Assembly: GCA_947364595.1 (NCBI GenBank)
Contig: CANATJ010000001.1
Coordinates: 26,642 to 90,641 of the forward strand
Source of the DNA: an uncultured Bacillota bacterium
GTDB lineage: Bacteria > Bacillota_I > Bacilli_A > RF39 > UBA660
Direction: 5' to 3'
DNA: 64,000 bases
The position numbers and the translations under genes were made by a program. The notes beneath the pieces were generated by a model, which was not told the DNA's origin, searched no databases, and saw nothing but the letters and a program-made list of their open reading frames with translations. This document shows, in pieces, positions 52,915 to 63,994 of this stretch (position 1 is its first letter; each line of letters begins with the position of its first letter).

Positions 52915-53875
52915 TTTTTAGCCTCCTAATAACTTCTGCTTGAATAATAGTAAATAAACTTCCTGTTATCCAATATATAATAATACTTACTGGCATTGTC
53001 AAAGAAGTAAATGTAATAAAGACAAGCATTATATTTAAAGTAAGTTTCATTTGTTGTTGTTGTTCTTCAGAACCAGAACTAACACCTGAATTCAATTTGA
53101 ATGAGAAGAAAGTAGCTAAAGCCACACAAACAGGTAAAAGAATATAAATCCATGTACCATTTGCAAAACAATTTATAAGGGCATCAAAACTAAATTTTCC
53201 ATCAAACACTGCTACAAAAGGACTCATACCTAACTTAAATCCTAAAAATTTTCCTTCAAAAATTATTGGTAAACGATTTAAACTTTCTAAGAAAGCAAAG
53301 AATAAAGGCATTTGAATAAATGAAAATAAGCATCCAGACATTGGATTAATATCGTATTTTTTATAAATTGCCATCATTTCTTGTGCTTGCATCATTTGAT
53401 CTTCTTGAGAAGATCTATTTTTATATTTTTTTTCAAGTTTTGTTAAATCTTTTTGTGCTAATTTCATATTTTCAGCTTGCATAGCTGATTTTTTACTAAT
53501 TGGGAAAATAATTAATCTAATTAAAATTGTTACAACAATAATAGCCCAACCATAATTTCGTAAAACTCTTCCAATTTGAATAATCAAAAAGCTTAATGGC
53601 TTAATAAATAAAGTTTCCCAAATTCCACCATATTTACCAGCACCAGGATTAAACGATGAGCAATCAGGTAATTTTTTTATATTAACCTTATTTTTATCAT
53701 AAGTTTTTATAACATCTTTATTAGTAGGCTTACATAAAATATTAGATGCTAGTGATTGTCCTGTTGTTTCCTCTTTAACAATTTTACCTTTATCATCTTT
53801 CAAATAAGTAGTACAACCAGACAAAGGCAAAGTAAGCAATAAAATTGTTAAACATAAAATTATTTTTTTCTTCAT
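52880..53875 (-). CDS. yidC: Membrane protein insertase YidC/SpoIIIJ (lipoprotein type)
   Basis: Lipobox LPLSGC. 5 TM helices. Follows rnpA. Confidence 0.85.
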   Translation of the reverse strand: MKKKIILCLTILLLTLPLSGCTTYLKDDKGKIVKEETTGQSLASNILCKPTNKDVIKTYDKNKVNIKKLPDCSSFNPGAGKYGGIWETLFIKPLSFLIIQIGRVLRNYGWAIIVVTILIRLIIFPISKKSAMQAENMKLAQKDLTKLEKKYKNRSSQEDQMMQAQEMMAIYKKYDINPMSGCLFSFIQMPLFFAFLESLNRLPIIFEGKFLGFKLGMSPFVAVFDGKFSFDALINCFANGTWIYILLPVCVALATFFSFKLNSGVSSGSEEQQQQMKLTLNIMLVFITFTSLTMPVSIIIYWITGSLFTIIQAEVIRRLKNGRSNKKRIKK

Positions 53876-53876
53876 A

Positions 53877-54224
53877 TTATTTCTCCTTTAATAATTTTAA
53901 TCTTGATAAAGCCTCATGTAAAGATTCTTGCATTTCTAAATAATTATTATTTAAAATACCTTTACAAACAATTATAATACAATTGAAATTATTATGATAT
54001 TCATATTTATCAACAATACTTTTAAGCTGTCTTTTTATTCTATTTCTCATTACTGCATTACCAATCTTTTTACCAACTGAAAATCCAAATTTATAAACAT
54101 TAGATTCTCTTTTTTCAACATATATAATGTAATTTTTATATTTAAATGGTTTACCAGTTCTAATAATTCTATTAAAATCTCGATTTTCTTTAATAATATT
54201 AATTTTTTTCATAGTCCTCACCAT
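53877..54224 (-). CDS. rnpA: Ribonuclease P protein component
   Basis: 115 aa. Basic. Conserved rpmH-rnpA arrangement. Confidence 0.85.
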   Translation of the reverse strand: MVRTMKKINIIKENRDFNRIIRTGKPFKYKNYIIYVEKRESNVYKFGFSVGKKIGNAVMRNRIKRQLKSIVDKYEYHNNFNCIIIVCKGILNNNYLEMQESLHEALSRLKLLKEK

Positions 54225-54254
54225 ATATTAAAACCACTGCACCAGCAGTGGAGA

Positions 54255-54377
54255 TTAATGAGATAAAACTTTACGTCCTTTTTTTCTTCTTCTTTTGATA
54301 ATATCAGTTTTCATACGAGCAAAAAATCCCATTTTTTTACTTCTTCTTCTAGTATTAGGTTGAAAAGTTCTTTTCAT
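54255..54377 (-). CDS. rpmH: 50S ribosomal protein L34
   Basis: Not in the track. Minus-strand translation gives [40 protein letters not shown] (40 aa) with AGGGAGGTG RBS. Confidence 0.85.
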   Translation of the reverse strand: MKRTFQPNTRRRSKKMGFFARMKTDIIKRRRKKGRKVLSH

Positions 54378-54392
54378 AATATTACACCTCCC

Positions 54393-54844
54393 TAAATCAA
54401 CTTGCTTAGTTAATTATATAGATAAAAGGTAATTTTGTCAATATTTTTATACTTATTGTTATAGATATCAAAAAAATTCTAAAAGCAATCAATTATCTTA
54501 AAATAAATTTAGCATTATAAACTAAAATAAAGAAAATTGCAATATTTTTTTTATAAACATTTACAATTCATAAATTTTTATAATTTTTTTATTTTCCACA
54601 ATATTATTTTATTATAAAATTTACCCTTTTTTCATTTATTAACATATGTGTAAAAAAATAAATAATTCACAAATGTTAATAAATATTTATCCACATATAA
54701 AGTGGAAAAACGTCAAAATAGTATAATTTTAGATATAAAAACCTATGTTAATAACTTTTTTTAGCATTTTACACTATTTTTATAGAAAAAATTGTCAAAA
54801 TAATGTAAAATGAAATTAGATTGTTATTAAAGTGGGGGATTTGT
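54393..54844. promoter_or_regulatory. oriC upstream element: AT-rich rpmH-dnaA spacer with DnaA boxes and the dnaA promoter region
   Basis: Perfect TTATCCACA at 54687-54695. TTTTCCACA at 54592-54600. Further relaxed boxes (TTTTACACA complement near 54645). TATAAT-like hexamers. Confidence 0.7.
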
Positions 54845-56191
54845 ATGGACTTTGAAAACATTTGGAATAAATTCTTAGAGAAGATAAAAGAAAAAGTTAG
54901 TCCTGCGTTATTTCAAACTTGGTTCGAAGGAACAAAATTAATAGACTTAAACGAACAATATGCTGTTGTATTAGTTCCTTATGAAATTTGTAAACAACAT
55001 TTCGAGAAAAACTACAATGATTTGATAAAAGAAATGTTTATGGAAGTAACTGGGTCATTATTTAAATTTAAATATGTCACTAAAGAAGAACTACAAAATA
55101 AAGTAGAAGAAAGTAACAATGTTGAAGATAATAATGAAGCAATATTTGAAAGTGGACTTGATAATAAATATAACTTTGATAATTTTATCTCAGGTGAAAG
55201 TAATAAATTTGCTAAAGCAATAGGACTTGCAGTGGCTGAAAAACCAGGAGCTATGTACAATCCGTTATTTATATATGGAAATAGCGGACTAGGAAAAACA
55301 CACTTAATGCATGCAATTGGAAATCATATAATGGAAACAACAAATAAAAAAGTTCTATATGTTACTAGTGAAAAATTTGTAGATGACTTTCTTAATATAT
55401 ATAGAAAAAATGAATCAAGTAATTTTAAAGCTGTGGATACTTTCAAAAGAAAATATCGTGATATAGATGTATTAATGATTGATGATATCCAATATTTAGA
55501 AATTGCTAGTAAAACTCAACAAGAATTTTTCAATACATTTAATGAATTACATACAAATAACAAACAAATAATAATTTCTTCTGATAGATCGCCAGATGAT
55601 CTAAAAAAATTAGAAGAACGTTTAAGAACAAGATTTAATTGGGGACTTACAATAGATATATTACCACCTGATCTTGAACTTAGAATGGCTATTTTAGATA
55701 AAAAAGTAGAATCTCATGACATGAGTAATATTGTTCCAAGAGAAGTAAAAGAATACATTGCTAATAACTGCACTACAGATATAAGAAAATTAGAAGGTGC
55801 ATTAACAAGAGTATGTGCATATGCAACAATTATGAATGGATCTGAAATAACTTTAGAATTAGCAATTGAAGCTTTAAAAGACTATATTGGAAAAAATATC
55901 ATATCAAAAAATAAAATAGATCAAGTTATTCAATTAATTGCTAATAATTACAATATAACAGTAGAAGATATAAAATCTAAAAAAAGATTATCAAAAATAG
56001 CTGTTCCTAGACAAATAGGAATGTATATATGTAGAATTCATCTTAAAGAATCTCTTCCAAAAATAGGAAGTGAATTTGGTGGAAAAGATCATACAACCGT
56101 AATGCATTCTGTCGCTAAAATTAAAAGAGAACTAAAAAATGATAAAAATCTAGAAATTGAAATATCAAAAATAATTAATCAAATTAAATAG
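54845..56191 (+). CDS. dnaA: Chromosomal replication initiator DnaA
   Basis: ATG at 54845 preceded by AAGTGGGGGA RBS (the track ORF begins at an upstream TTG). Walker A GNSGLGKTHL. C-terminal DNA-binding domain. Confidence 0.9.
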   Translation: MDFENIWNKFLEKIKEKVSPALFQTWFEGTKLIDLNEQYAVVLVPYEICKQHFEKNYNDLIKEMFMEVTGSLFKFKYVTKEELQNKVEESNNVEDNNEAIFESGLDNKYNFDNFISGESNKFAKAIGLAVAEKPGAMYNPLFIYGNSGLGKTHLMHAIGNHIMETTNKKVLYVTSEKFVDDFLNIYRKNESSNFKAVDTFKRKYRDIDVLMIDDIQYLEIASKTQQEFFNTFNELHTNNKQIIISSDRSPDDLKKLEERLRTRFNWGLTIDILPPDLELRMAILDKKVESHDMSNIVPREVKEYIANNCTTDIRKLEGALTRVCAYATIMNGSEITLELAIEALKDYIGKNIISKNKIDQVIQLIANNYNITVEDIKSKKRLSKIAVPRQIGMYICRIHLKESLPKIGSEFGGKDHTTVMHSVAKIKRELKNDKNLEIEISKIINQIK

Positions 56192-56326
56192 AGGATAATT
56201 ATTTATTTTCCACAATAAATTAACAGGTAATTTAAACTTAAAATAAAAGGAAAAGTTGGTTTTTCCACACTTATCCACATCAATAATAAAAAATAACTAA
56301 TTAATAAAAAATAAGGAGGAATAATT
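56192..56326. promoter_or_regulatory. oriC downstream element: DnaA boxes plus AT-rich candidate DNA-unwinding element between dnaA and dnaN
   Basis: TTTTCCACA at 56206-56214 and 56261-56269. Perfect TTATCCACA at 56271-56279. This is followed by a nearly pure A/T stretch 56281-56310. Confidence 0.7.
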
Positions 56327-57448
56327 ATGAAACTTGAAATAAAACAAAACATACTTTTAGAACATTTAAATTATGTAATTAGAGGAATATCAACAAAAAA
56401 TTTAAGACCTATTTTAAATTGTATTAAATTCGAATTAACTGATGAAGGTTTATATTTGATGAGTACAGATAATGAAATATCAATAAAAACATTTATTAAT
56501 GCTAAAGAAATAGAAAAAATAGATTCTTGTGGAGAAATAGTTGTATCAGGAAGATATATCTATGATATAGTAAGAAAATTACCTGATGAAATTATTAATT
56601 TAGAAGAAGTAATTGATTCTAAATTATATATCACAACTAAAAATTCATCATTTACTTTAAATTGTAGTAATGTTAATGAATTTCCTGATTTAGAATTAGA
56701 AACAAATAAAAATCCAATAATAATAAATCAAAAGGTATTTAAAACAATTATAAATCAAACCTCATTTGCAACATCAACTAGTGAAACAAGACCTGTTTTA
56801 ACAGGAATAAACTTTAAAATAGAAAATAATGTAATGCATTGTACTGCAACAGATTCATATCGTTTAGCAGTAAAAAAAATCACTTTAAATGAAAATGTTA
56901 AAGAAAAAGCTAATATTATAATTCCTACTAAAAATTTAAATGAACTAGTAAAATTAATGTCAGATGATGAAGACAATATTGAAATGCATTTATTTGGAAA
57001 TAAAGTAATATTTAAATTTAATCAAATAACTATGATGACTAGATTAATTAGTGGTACTTATCCAGATACATCAAAATTAATACCTGAAAATTTTGAATTA
57101 GTAGTAAAAGTAAAATACAATGAAATTTATAGTGCTATAGATCGTGCATCATTACTAACAAATGAGTCTGATAAAAATACAATAAAATTAGAAATAAAAG
57201 ATCAAACAGCAATAATTTCATCAAATATTCCAGAAATTGGAAATGTTGAAGAAAAAATTAATGTGGAAAAAACAAATAATAATGACATGAAAATAGCATT
57301 TAATTCTAAATTTATGATGGAATCAATAAAAGCTTTAGAATCAGATGAAATAGAATTAATGTTTAATGGAGAAATAAAACCAATTATACTTAAAAATCCA
57401 GAAACAGATGATTTAATTCAATTAATTTTACCAATAAGAACTTATTAA
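56327..57448 (+). CDS. dnaN: DNA polymerase III beta sliding clamp
   Basis: 373 aa. MKLEIKQNILLEHL. Confidence 0.9.
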   Translation: MKLEIKQNILLEHLNYVIRGISTKNLRPILNCIKFELTDEGLYLMSTDNEISIKTFINAKEIEKIDSCGEIVVSGRYIYDIVRKLPDEIINLEEVIDSKLYITTKNSSFTLNCSNVNEFPDLELETNKNPIIINQKVFKTIINQTSFATSTSETRPVLTGINFKIENNVMHCTATDSYRLAVKKITLNENVKEKANIIIPTKNLNELVKLMSDDEDNIEMHLFGNKVIFKFNQITMMTRLISGTYPDTSKLIPENFELVVKVKYNEIYSAIDRASLLTNESDKNTIKLEIKDQTAIISSNIPEIGNVEEKINVEKTNNNDMKIAFNSKFMMESIKALESDEIELMFNGEIKPIILKNPETDDLIQLILPIRTY

Positions 57449-57576
57449 AATAATGAATTTATATAAAATAAGTTCTTTTTTTTCAAAAATTTAGTATTTT
57501 CGGCAAAATTTGATAATTTTTGACAATCAAAAAGAGTATAAGAGAGTTGTCTTTTTTGACATAGGGGGGAAATATA

Positions 57577-58029
57577 ATGATAAAAGACGAATATGAGATT
57601 AATACAAAAACATGTGCTTTAGTTGCCAAAAAAGCAAATGAAACTTTGATTATTGAAGGAGAACAACCAAGTATTTCTTTAAAAACACCTAAAGAACACT
57701 TAGATCATAGTTGTGAATATTATGGTAGTTCATTAGAAGGTAGATTAAGTGGTTCTAAAAGTTTATTAGGAATGTGTTATAAACTACCAGTAATTGTAGA
57801 AGAAAGCAAAGAAATAATATTTTTTCCAACTAGTTCATATAATAACGAAGATTGTTCGTGGATTGCTTTAAATAATATTGGAAGTTATGAAGATGATGGT
57901 CATAATACAATTGTACATTTTAATAATGGACAAACATGTGCCTTTGATATTTCCTTAGAATCATTTGAAAATCAAGTTTTAAGAGCTTCAAAATTATTAT
58001 TAATTCTCAGAAACAGAAAAAACGCATAA
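57577..58029 (+). CDS. comK: ComK-family competence transcription factor homologue
   Basis: 150 aa. Blocks HSCEYYGSSLEGR, IIFFPTSSYNNEDCSWIA and ISLESFENQVLRASKL align with B. subtilis ComK (SCRFFGSSYAGR / IFLFPTLSS ... QCGWIS / ISYNSFENQVYRTAWL). It lacks the ComK C-terminal ~40 aa. Confidence 0.75.
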   Translation: MIKDEYEINTKTCALVAKKANETLIIEGEQPSISLKTPKEHLDHSCEYYGSSLEGRLSGSKSLLGMCYKLPVIVEESKEIIFFPTSSYNNEDCSWIALNNIGSYEDDGHNTIVHFNNGQTCAFDISLESFENQVLRASKLLLILRNRKNA

Positions 58030-58041
58030 TTTAAAACAAAA

Positions 58042-58074
58042 ATAAGCTATAAAAGCTTATTTTTATCGTTTTTT
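58042..58074 (+). terminator. Rho-independent terminator after the comK-like gene, followed by an extended -10 promoter (TGGTATAAT, ~58086-58094) for recF
   Basis: ataagct-ataaa-agcttat then ttttatcgtttttt. Confidence 0.55.
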
Positions 58075-58169
58075 AGGCCATTTTGTGGTATAATGGAATA
58101 GAGGTATAGGAGTACTACTGATAACCATTTTTTTAAATAAGAGTACAAATAAACGAAAAGAGGATAAAA

Positions 58170-59282
58170 ATGATAATAAAAAGCATCGATATTCATAATT
58201 TCCGTAATTACTCCCATTTAAATCTAAACTTAGATAAAAATATAAATATTATTTATGGAAACAATGGTCAAGGAAAAACCAATATTTTAGAAAGTATATA
58301 TGTACTTGCTTTTACAAAATCTCATCGTTCATATATAGATAATAATCTTATTAAAAATAATGAACCATCAGCAGTTTTAAAAGGTACTATACTAAACGAA
58401 TTTTCTTATAATCTAGAAATAGTTTTAAACAAGACAAATAAGAAAGTGAAAGTAGATAACAAAAATGTAGAAAAATTATCATCCTACATAAATAAAATGA
58501 ATGTTATCATTTTTTCATCTGAGGACCTTGATTTAATAAAGGGAAATCCTAGTTTACGTAGAAAATACATTAATTTAGAATTAAGTCAATTATCAATAAA
58601 TTATTATAATGCGCTAAATGATTTTACTAAACTTTTAAAAATCAGAAATGAATATTTAAAGAAAATATTTGATAAAGAAGTAGTTGACTTAAATTATTTT
58701 TCTATTTTAACAGATTATTTTGTTAATAAAAGTGTGTTTATATATCAAATGCGTAACAAATTTGTTCAAAAACTTAATAATATTTGTCCTGAAATATATG
58801 AAAGTATATCAAAATTAAAAGGTTTTAACATCAAATATAAACCATCTATCAAACTAGAAAAATTTGATAAAGATTATATAAAAGAAAAATTAACTAATGC
58901 TTTATCAGAAAATTTCGAAAAAGAAGTGAAACTAAAAACCACAATTTATGGGCCTCACAGAGACGATTTTGAATTTTGCTTAGAAGATAACAACTTGAAA
59001 GATTTTGGCTCTCAGGGACAGCAAAAAATGGCCGTATTGACCTTAAAACTTTCAGAAATAGAGATTTTTAAAGATTATAAGAAAACAAGTCCAATAATTT
59101 TGCTAGATGATGTATTTAGTGATTTAGATAATAATAAAAAAAATAATTTATTAAAACATATTGATAATAATATGCAAATCATAATTACTACTACTGATTT
59201 GGATAGTGTAGATCCAAGAATTTTAGAAAAAGCAAAACTAATTAAAATAAATAATGGGCAAATAGTAGAAGAAGAGGTGTAA
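58170..59282 (+). CDS. recF: DNA replication and repair protein RecF
   Basis: 370 aa. [14 protein letters not shown]. Walker [10 protein letters not shown]. Confidence 0.9.
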   Translation: MIIKSIDIHNFRNYSHLNLNLDKNINIIYGNNGQGKTNILESIYVLAFTKSHRSYIDNNLIKNNEPSAVLKGTILNEFSYNLEIVLNKTNKKVKVDNKNVEKLSSYINKMNVIIFSSEDLDLIKGNPSLRRKYINLELSQLSINYYNALNDFTKLLKIRNEYLKKIFDKEVVDLNYFSILTDYFVNKSVFIYQMRNKFVQKLNNICPEIYESISKLKGFNIKYKPSIKLEKFDKDYIKEKLTNALSENFEKEVKLKTTIYGPHRDDFEFCLEDNNLKDFGSQGQQKMAVLTLKLSEIEIFKDYKKTSPIILLDDVFSDLDNNKKNNLLKHIDNNMQIIITTTDLDSVDPRILEKAKLIKINNGQIVEEEV

Positions 59283-59284
59283 TA

Positions 59285-61210
59285 ATGGAAGAAAAAAATG
59301 AGCACTACAACGAATCCGATATTCAAGTATTAGAAGGCTTAGAAGCAGTAAGAAAACGTCCTGGAATGTATATTGGAACAACCGATGTAAAAGGATTACA
59401 TCACTTAGTATGGGAAATAGTTGATAATAGTATTGATGAAGCTTTAGCTGGATATTGTAATAATATCGAAATAATAATTAATAAAGATAATTCAATAACA
59501 GTTAAAGATAATGGTCGTGGAATTCCAACAGGAGTTCATCCCAAAACAGGATTATCAACAGTAGAAACAGTTTATACAGTATTACATGCTGGTGGAAAAT
59601 TTGGTGGAGGCGGATATAAAGTATCAGGTGGTCTACATGGAGTAGGAGCTTCAGTAGTAAATGCTTTATCTACTTCCGTAACAGTTACAGTTTATAAGGA
59701 AGGACATATTCATGAAGCTAAGTTTGCTAATGGTGGTAAAATTGTTCAAAAACTTACAATTATAGGAAATTGTGAACTAGAAAGAACTGGGACAACAGTA
59801 ACTTTCAAACCAGATCCAGAAATTTTTGATACAGACATTTATGATTACAATACTTTAATGGTTAGAACAAGAGAATTAGCCTTTTTAAATAAAGGATTAA
59901 GTCTAACATTAAGAGATGATCGTGATGAAGAAGATACAACCGGGCAAACTTTCCATTATGAAGGTGGAATTAGTGAATATGTTAAATATCTAAATGCCAA
60001 TAAAACTCCAATACAAAACGAAATAATTCATTTAGAAGGTGAAGACTCTGGAATTATATTTGAAGTAGCTCTTCAATATAACACAGGATATAGTGATAGT
60101 ATCTATTCTTTTGTTAATAATATCAATACTCATGATGGTGGAACTCATGAGGAAGGAGTTAAAAGAGCTTTAACTAGAATCATTAATAGTTATGCAAGAA
60201 AAAATAACATACTAAAAGAAAAAGATGATTCTTTAAGTGGAGACGATGTAAAAGAAGGATTAACAATGATCGTTTCATGTAAACATCCAAATCCACAATT
60301 TGAAGGCCAAACAAAAGGAAGACTAGGAAATTCAGAAGTCAGAAAATTAGCAGATAAAGTATTTGCAGAAGGCTTTGAAAGATATCTTTTAGAACACCCA
60401 GATGAAGCAAAAATAATAATTGAAAAAAATATGACAGCAGCAAGAGCTAGGGTAGCAGCTAAAAAAGCTAGAGAACTTACTAGAAGAAAAAGTGATTTAG
60501 ATGTAATAAATTTTGGTGGAAAACTTGTAGATTGTAAAGATAAAGATCCAATCAAATGTGAAATATTCTTAGTCGAAGGAGATTCAGCTGGAGGATCTGC
60601 TATAAAAGGAAGAGACTCAATGACTCAGGCGATTCTTCCTCTAAGAGGTAAAATTTTAAATGTTGAAAAAGCTAGATTAGATAGAGCTTTATCTAATGAA
60701 GAAATAAGAACAATTATAACTGCTTTTGGAACGGGAATTGGACAAGATTTTGATTTAAAAAAATTGAGATATCATAAAATCATAATTATGACCGATGCCG
60801 ATGTTGATGGATCACATATCAGAGTATTATTACTAACATTATTCTATCGTTTCTTTAAACCTATTGTTGAAGCTGGTCATGTATATGCTGCTCAACCACC
60901 ATTATTCTGTATAAAACATGGAAAAACCATAAAATATGTATTAGATGAAGAAGAAAGAGATTCATATTTGGCATCTCTTAACCCAAACACAAAATACGAT
61001 ATTTTACGAATGAAAGGTTTAGGAGAAATGGATGCTGAGGAATTAAATGAAACAACAATGGATATAAATACAAGAGTATTAAGGAAAATAACAGTTGACG
61101 ATGCTATTGCCGCTGATGCAGCATTTACAAAACTAATGGGTGAAGAAGTAGAACCTAGAAGAAATTTTATAGAAGAAAATGCAGTATATGCAGAAAATTT
61201 AGATATATAG
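59285..61210 (+). CDS. gyrB: DNA gyrase subunit B
   Basis: 641 aa. GHKL ATPase, TOPRIM, EGDSAGG. Confidence 0.95.
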   Translation: MEEKNEHYNESDIQVLEGLEAVRKRPGMYIGTTDVKGLHHLVWEIVDNSIDEALAGYCNNIEIIINKDNSITVKDNGRGIPTGVHPKTGLSTVETVYTVLHAGGKFGGGGYKVSGGLHGVGASVVNALSTSVTVTVYKEGHIHEAKFANGGKIVQKLTIIGNCELERTGTTVTFKPDPEIFDTDIYDYNTLMVRTRELAFLNKGLSLTLRDDRDEEDTTGQTFHYEGGISEYVKYLNANKTPIQNEIIHLEGEDSGIIFEVALQYNTGYSDSIYSFVNNINTHDGGTHEEGVKRALTRIINSYARKNNILKEKDDSLSGDDVKEGLTMIVSCKHPNPQFEGQTKGRLGNSEVRKLADKVFAEGFERYLLEHPDEAKIIIEKNMTAARARVAAKKARELTRRKSDLDVINFGGKLVDCKDKDPIKCEIFLVEGDSAGGSAIKGRDSMTQAILPLRGKILNVEKARLDRALSNEEIRTIITAFGTGIGQDFDLKKLRYHKIIIMTDADVDGSHIRVLLLTLFYRFFKPIVEAGHVYAAQPPLFCIKHGKTIKYVLDEEERDSYLASLNPNTKYDILRMKGLGEMDAEELNETTMDINTRVLRKITVDDAIAADAAFTKLMGEEVEPRRNFIEENAVYAENLDI

Positions 61211-61220
61211 GAGGTGAATT

Positions 61221-63683
61221 ATGGAAAAAGATAAATTACAAGAAAATAACATAGTAAGTGAAATAGAAAAATCATTTTTAGAGTATTCTATGAGTGTAAT
61301 TGTATCCCGTGCTTTACCAGATTTAAGAGACGGACTAAAACCAGTTCACCGAAGAATACTATATTCAATGTATGAATCAGGTTATACACCAGATAAACCA
61401 CATAAAAAAAGTGCTAGAATTGTTGGAGATGTTATGGGTAAATATCATCCACACGGAGACTCTTCAATATATGAAGCCATGGTAAGAATGGCCCAAGATT
61501 TTAGTTATCGTTATATGTTAGTAGATGGTCATGGAAACTTTGGTATTATTGAAGGTTCTGGCGCAGCTGCAATGCGTTATACCGAATCAAGATTATCAAA
61601 ATTATCATTAGAATTATTACGTGATCTTAACAAAGATACCGTTGATTTTGATTCAAACTTTGATGAATCATTAAAAGAACCTAAAATATTACCATCAAGA
61701 TTTCCAAATATATTAGTAAATGGAACAATGGGAATAGCTGTAGGAATGGCTACAAATATTCCTCCACATAATTTAAGTGAAGTAATAGATGGATGTGTAG
61801 CGTATATTGATAATCCAGATATAGATACCTTAGGATTAATGCAATATATAAAAGGTCCAGATTTCCCAACAGGAGCTATTATATTAGGTAATAGTGGAAT
61901 AAAAAAAGCTTATGAAACAGGAAAAGGAACTATTACAATACGTAGTAAAGCTCAAATAGAAGAAAAAAACGGAAAACATTATATAGTAATAACAGAAGTA
62001 CCATATGGGGTAAAAACATCAGAATTAAAAGACAAAGTAGCCGAATTAGTTCATAACAAGACAATTGATGGAATTTCCGACTATCATACAGATCTAAAAA
62101 ATGGTGTAAAAATAACAATAACTCTAAAAAAAGATGCAAATGCTCAAGTTGTTTTAAATAATTTGTATAAACATACATCTTTCCAAACAACATTTGGAAT
62201 AACATTATTAATGCTTGATAATGGAGTTCCAAAAACATTAGGCTTAAAAGATATAATTTCAAAATATATAGATTATCAAAAAGAAATTATAATAAGAAGA
62301 ACTAAATATGATTTAAATAAAGCAGAAAAACGTGTTCATATATTAGAAGGATTAAAAATTGCTTTAGATAATATAGATGCTGTAATAAAATTAATTAGAG
62401 GATCTAAATCAGATGAAGAAGCCAGAGATGGATTAATGAAAAATTTCAAACTTAGTGAAGCTCAAGCTAATGCTATACTTGAAATGAAATTAAGAAGATT
62501 AACAGGTTTAGAACGTAATAAAGTCGAAGAAGAATTAAAAGAATTATTAGAAAAAATAAAATACTACAAAGAAGTTCTAGCATCTGAACAAAAAATATTA
62601 GGTATAATCAAAGAAGAAATGTTAGAAATCAAAAATAAATACGGTGATGATAGAAGAACCAATATAGATATGACCGCAATTGATTATATCGAAGATGAAT
62701 CATTAATACCTGTGGAAAACATAGTTATTACATTGACAGATAAAGGTTATATAAAGAGAATGACCAGTGAAACATACAAAACTCAAAATAGAGGTGGAGT
62801 AGGAATTAAAGGAATGACCACAAACGAAGACGATTTTGTGGAAAAACTAATATCAATGACTACTCACGATTACTTAATGTTCTTCACTAATAAAGGAAAA
62901 GTATATAGAGTTAAAGGGTATGAAATACCACAATTTAGTAGACAATCAAAAGGTTTACCTATAGTTAACCTATTACCTTTAGATAAAGATGAAGTTGTAA
63001 AAGCAATGTTGAAAATAAGCAAAAATGAAGAATACAAGAATATTGTATTTTGTACACAAAAAGGTTTAGTAAAACGTACATCATTATCAGAATTCGAAAG
63101 TATAAGAGCAAATGGTAAAATAGCAATTACATTAAAAGATGATGATCAATTAATATCAGTTAAAAAGACAACAGGTCATAACGAAGTATTAATAGCTTCA
63201 TCAACAGGAAGAATGATAAGATTCAATGAAAAAGAAATCAGAATAATGGGAAGAACTGCCTCTGGTGTAAAAGGAATTGAATTAGGAAATAATGGAATCT
63301 GTGTAGGTTGTGAAATAGCTGAAGAAGGACAACAAATATTAGTTGTAACTGAAAAAGGCTATGGAAAACGTACTGATGTTGAAGAATATCGTATGACACA
63401 TAGAGGAAGTAAAGGTGTAAAAGGATTAAATATTACTGAAAAAAATGGTAATATAGTATCATTTAAATTAGTTGATGGTAGTGAGGATTTAATGATAATA
63501 ACAGATAGTGGTATTATTATTAGATTAGAAATAAATCAAGTTTCATCAACAGGAAGAGTTACACAAGGCGTTAGACTAATTAACCTTAAAAACGACCAAA
63601 AAGTAAGTAGTATTGCAACTTTAGAAAAGGAAATTAAAGAAGATAATATAGAAAACAATACTAATACAGAAAATAACGAATAA
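61221..63683 (+). CDS. gyrA: DNA gyrase subunit A
   Basis: 820 aa. Active-site Tyr region [31 protein letters not shown]. Confidence 0.95.
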   Translation: MEKDKLQENNIVSEIEKSFLEYSMSVIVSRALPDLRDGLKPVHRRILYSMYESGYTPDKPHKKSARIVGDVMGKYHPHGDSSIYEAMVRMAQDFSYRYMLVDGHGNFGIIEGSGAAAMRYTESRLSKLSLELLRDLNKDTVDFDSNFDESLKEPKILPSRFPNILVNGTMGIAVGMATNIPPHNLSEVIDGCVAYIDNPDIDTLGLMQYIKGPDFPTGAIILGNSGIKKAYETGKGTITIRSKAQIEEKNGKHYIVITEVPYGVKTSELKDKVAELVHNKTIDGISDYHTDLKNGVKITITLKKDANAQVVLNNLYKHTSFQTTFGITLLMLDNGVPKTLGLKDIISKYIDYQKEIIIRRTKYDLNKAEKRVHILEGLKIALDNIDAVIKLIRGSKSDEEARDGLMKNFKLSEAQANAILEMKLRRLTGLERNKVEEELKELLEKIKYYKEVLASEQKILGIIKEEMLEIKNKYGDDRRTNIDMTAIDYIEDESLIPVENIVITLTDKGYIKRMTSETYKTQNRGGVGIKGMTTNEDDFVEKLISMTTHDYLMFFTNKGKVYRVKGYEIPQFSRQSKGLPIVNLLPLDKDEVVKAMLKISKNEEYKNIVFCTQKGLVKRTSLSEFESIRANGKIAITLKDDDQLISVKKTTGHNEVLIASSTGRMIRFNEKEIRIMGRTASGVKGIELGNNGICVGCEIAEEGQQILVVTEKGYGKRTDVEEYRMTHRGSKGVKGLNITEKNGNIVSFKLVDGSEDLMIITDSGIIIRLEINQVSSTGRVTQGVRLINLKNDQKVSSIATLEKEIKEDNIENNTNTENNE

Positions 63684-63710
63684 GGATATGATAAAAAATA
63701 TCCTTTTTTT
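63684..63710 (+). terminator. gyrA rho-independent terminator
   Basis: ggatat-gataaaaa-atatcc followed by T7. Confidence 0.65.
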
Positions 63711-63712
63711 AA

Positions 63713-63728
63713 TGTTTCACGTGAAACA
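63713..63728. other. parS site 1 (perfect 16-mer TGTTTCACGTGAAACA; palindrome extends to 24 bp, 63709-63732)
   Basis: Exact match to the Firmicute Spo0J/ParB parS consensus TGTTNCACGTGAAACA. Confidence 0.85.
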
Positions 63729-63815
63729 TTAAAAATTATTAATAATAAAATATTAAAATAAACTTATATTTTACAGTAAAAATAATATATAATTTTTTGT
63801 ATTCTAATAAAACAA

Positions 63816-63831
63816 TGTTTCACGTGAAACA
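63816..63831. other. parS site 2 (TGTTTCACGTGAAACA; 26 bp palindrome 63811-63836)
   Basis: Identical core. Flanks also palindromic (aacaa ... ttgtt). Confidence 0.85.
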
Positions 63832-63978
63832 TTGTTTGTTACTAATAACAAATGATAAATAAAATATTAAATTGTTTTAGAATAGTATTTATAAGGAATA
63901 TAATATATTATAATTATATTAAAAAAATAATAATATTAGAAAAGATTATATAATAATTTATTTAAAAGAAAATAATGA

Positions 63979-63994
63979 TGTTTCACGTGAAACA
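63979..63994. other. parS site 3 (TGTTTCACGTGAAACA; 26 bp palindrome 63974-63999)
   Basis: Identical core. Flanks also palindromic (aatga ... tcatt). The window ends at 64000, so further copies may follow. Confidence 0.85.

Noticed and set aside
54821-54844. TTG-initiated N-terminal extension of dnaA (MLLKWGIC)
   Set aside because: The in-frame ATG at 54845 has a proper purine-rich RBS and gives the canonical DnaA N-terminus. The extension is an ORF-caller artefact.
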